A stretch of DNA of 15,152 nucleotides from Chlamydiia bacterium (GTDB lineage Bacteria; Chlamydiota; Chlamydiia; Chlamydiales; JBMOFD01), in assembly GCA_049314435.1 (NCBI GenBank), contig JBMOFD010000044.1:1-15152 (forward strand), read 5' to 3'. The translations under genes were made by a program, and so were the position numbers. Positions 14,961 through 15,152 of this stretch are shown piece by piece. Positions within the stretch are counted from its first letter, which is position 1, and each line of letters begins with the position of its first letter. The notes under the pieces were generated by a model. That model was given only the letters and a program-made list of their open reading frames with translations, searched no databases and had not been told where the DNA came from.

Positions 14961-15152
14961 CGCACTTCCTCCCTCGTCCCTCTTTTGGGTATTATGAATT
15001 ATTTTAATCTTTAGCGCCTTAACCGAAGTCGCAGAGAGCCTGCGGGAAACTGGCTGAGCCCGGAAATTCGCTAGAAGTAGCGTTGCTTTGGCAGGTAGAA
15101 GTGCCATGAAATTCCGCTGAAGGTCAGCGTCTGCATGGATTGGCATGACCCG

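Noticed and set aside
6267..15146. NLR/STAND immune ATPase, Roco protein or NEL E3 ligase interpretation of the LRR giant
   Set aside because: The P-loop region carries SF2 motifs (DEAD, SGT, RGTD, QxxxRxR) rather than STAND or Roc motifs, and I saw no NEL CxD motif after the LRRs.
15135..15152. Possible start of a divergent + strand gene (ATG GAT TGG CAT GAC CCG)
   Set aside because: Only six codons are visible at the window edge, so it cannot be supported.
1..15152. CRISPR arrays, tRNA/rRNA genes, transposases or integrases
   Set aside because: None was recognised. The window is almost entirely protein-coding, with intergenic gaps under 100 bp between the called genes.

Overview
GC-rich bacterial window (roughly 55-60% GC by eye); several features suggest Chlamydiota, but this is inference. 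The left 6.2 kb is a tightly coupled + strand operon of six genes: malate dehydrogenase, a sensor-less degenerate histidine-kinase-like protein, an NtrC/AtoC-type sigma-54 activator lacking its DNA-binding HTH, an FAD-dependent oxidoreductase, a PhnP-like metallo-beta-lactamase-fold hydrolase and the GTPase HflX. A GC-rich double hairpin follows hflX. The right 8.9 kb is one convergent giant - strand ORF of about 2,900 aa. It joins an effector-type LRR block, a putative His-Asn-(Gln)-Cys cysteine protease/deubiquitinase-like domain, about 1,200 aa of unrecognised sequence and a DUF3638/DUF3645-type SF2 helicase-like ATPase with all main motifs visible. The best novelty candidates are this giant multi-enzyme putative host effector and the pseudo-kinase/HTH-less activator pair. 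All domain calls come from motif recognition by eye and no searches were run. Residue numbers for the giant protein count from the ATG at 15146.
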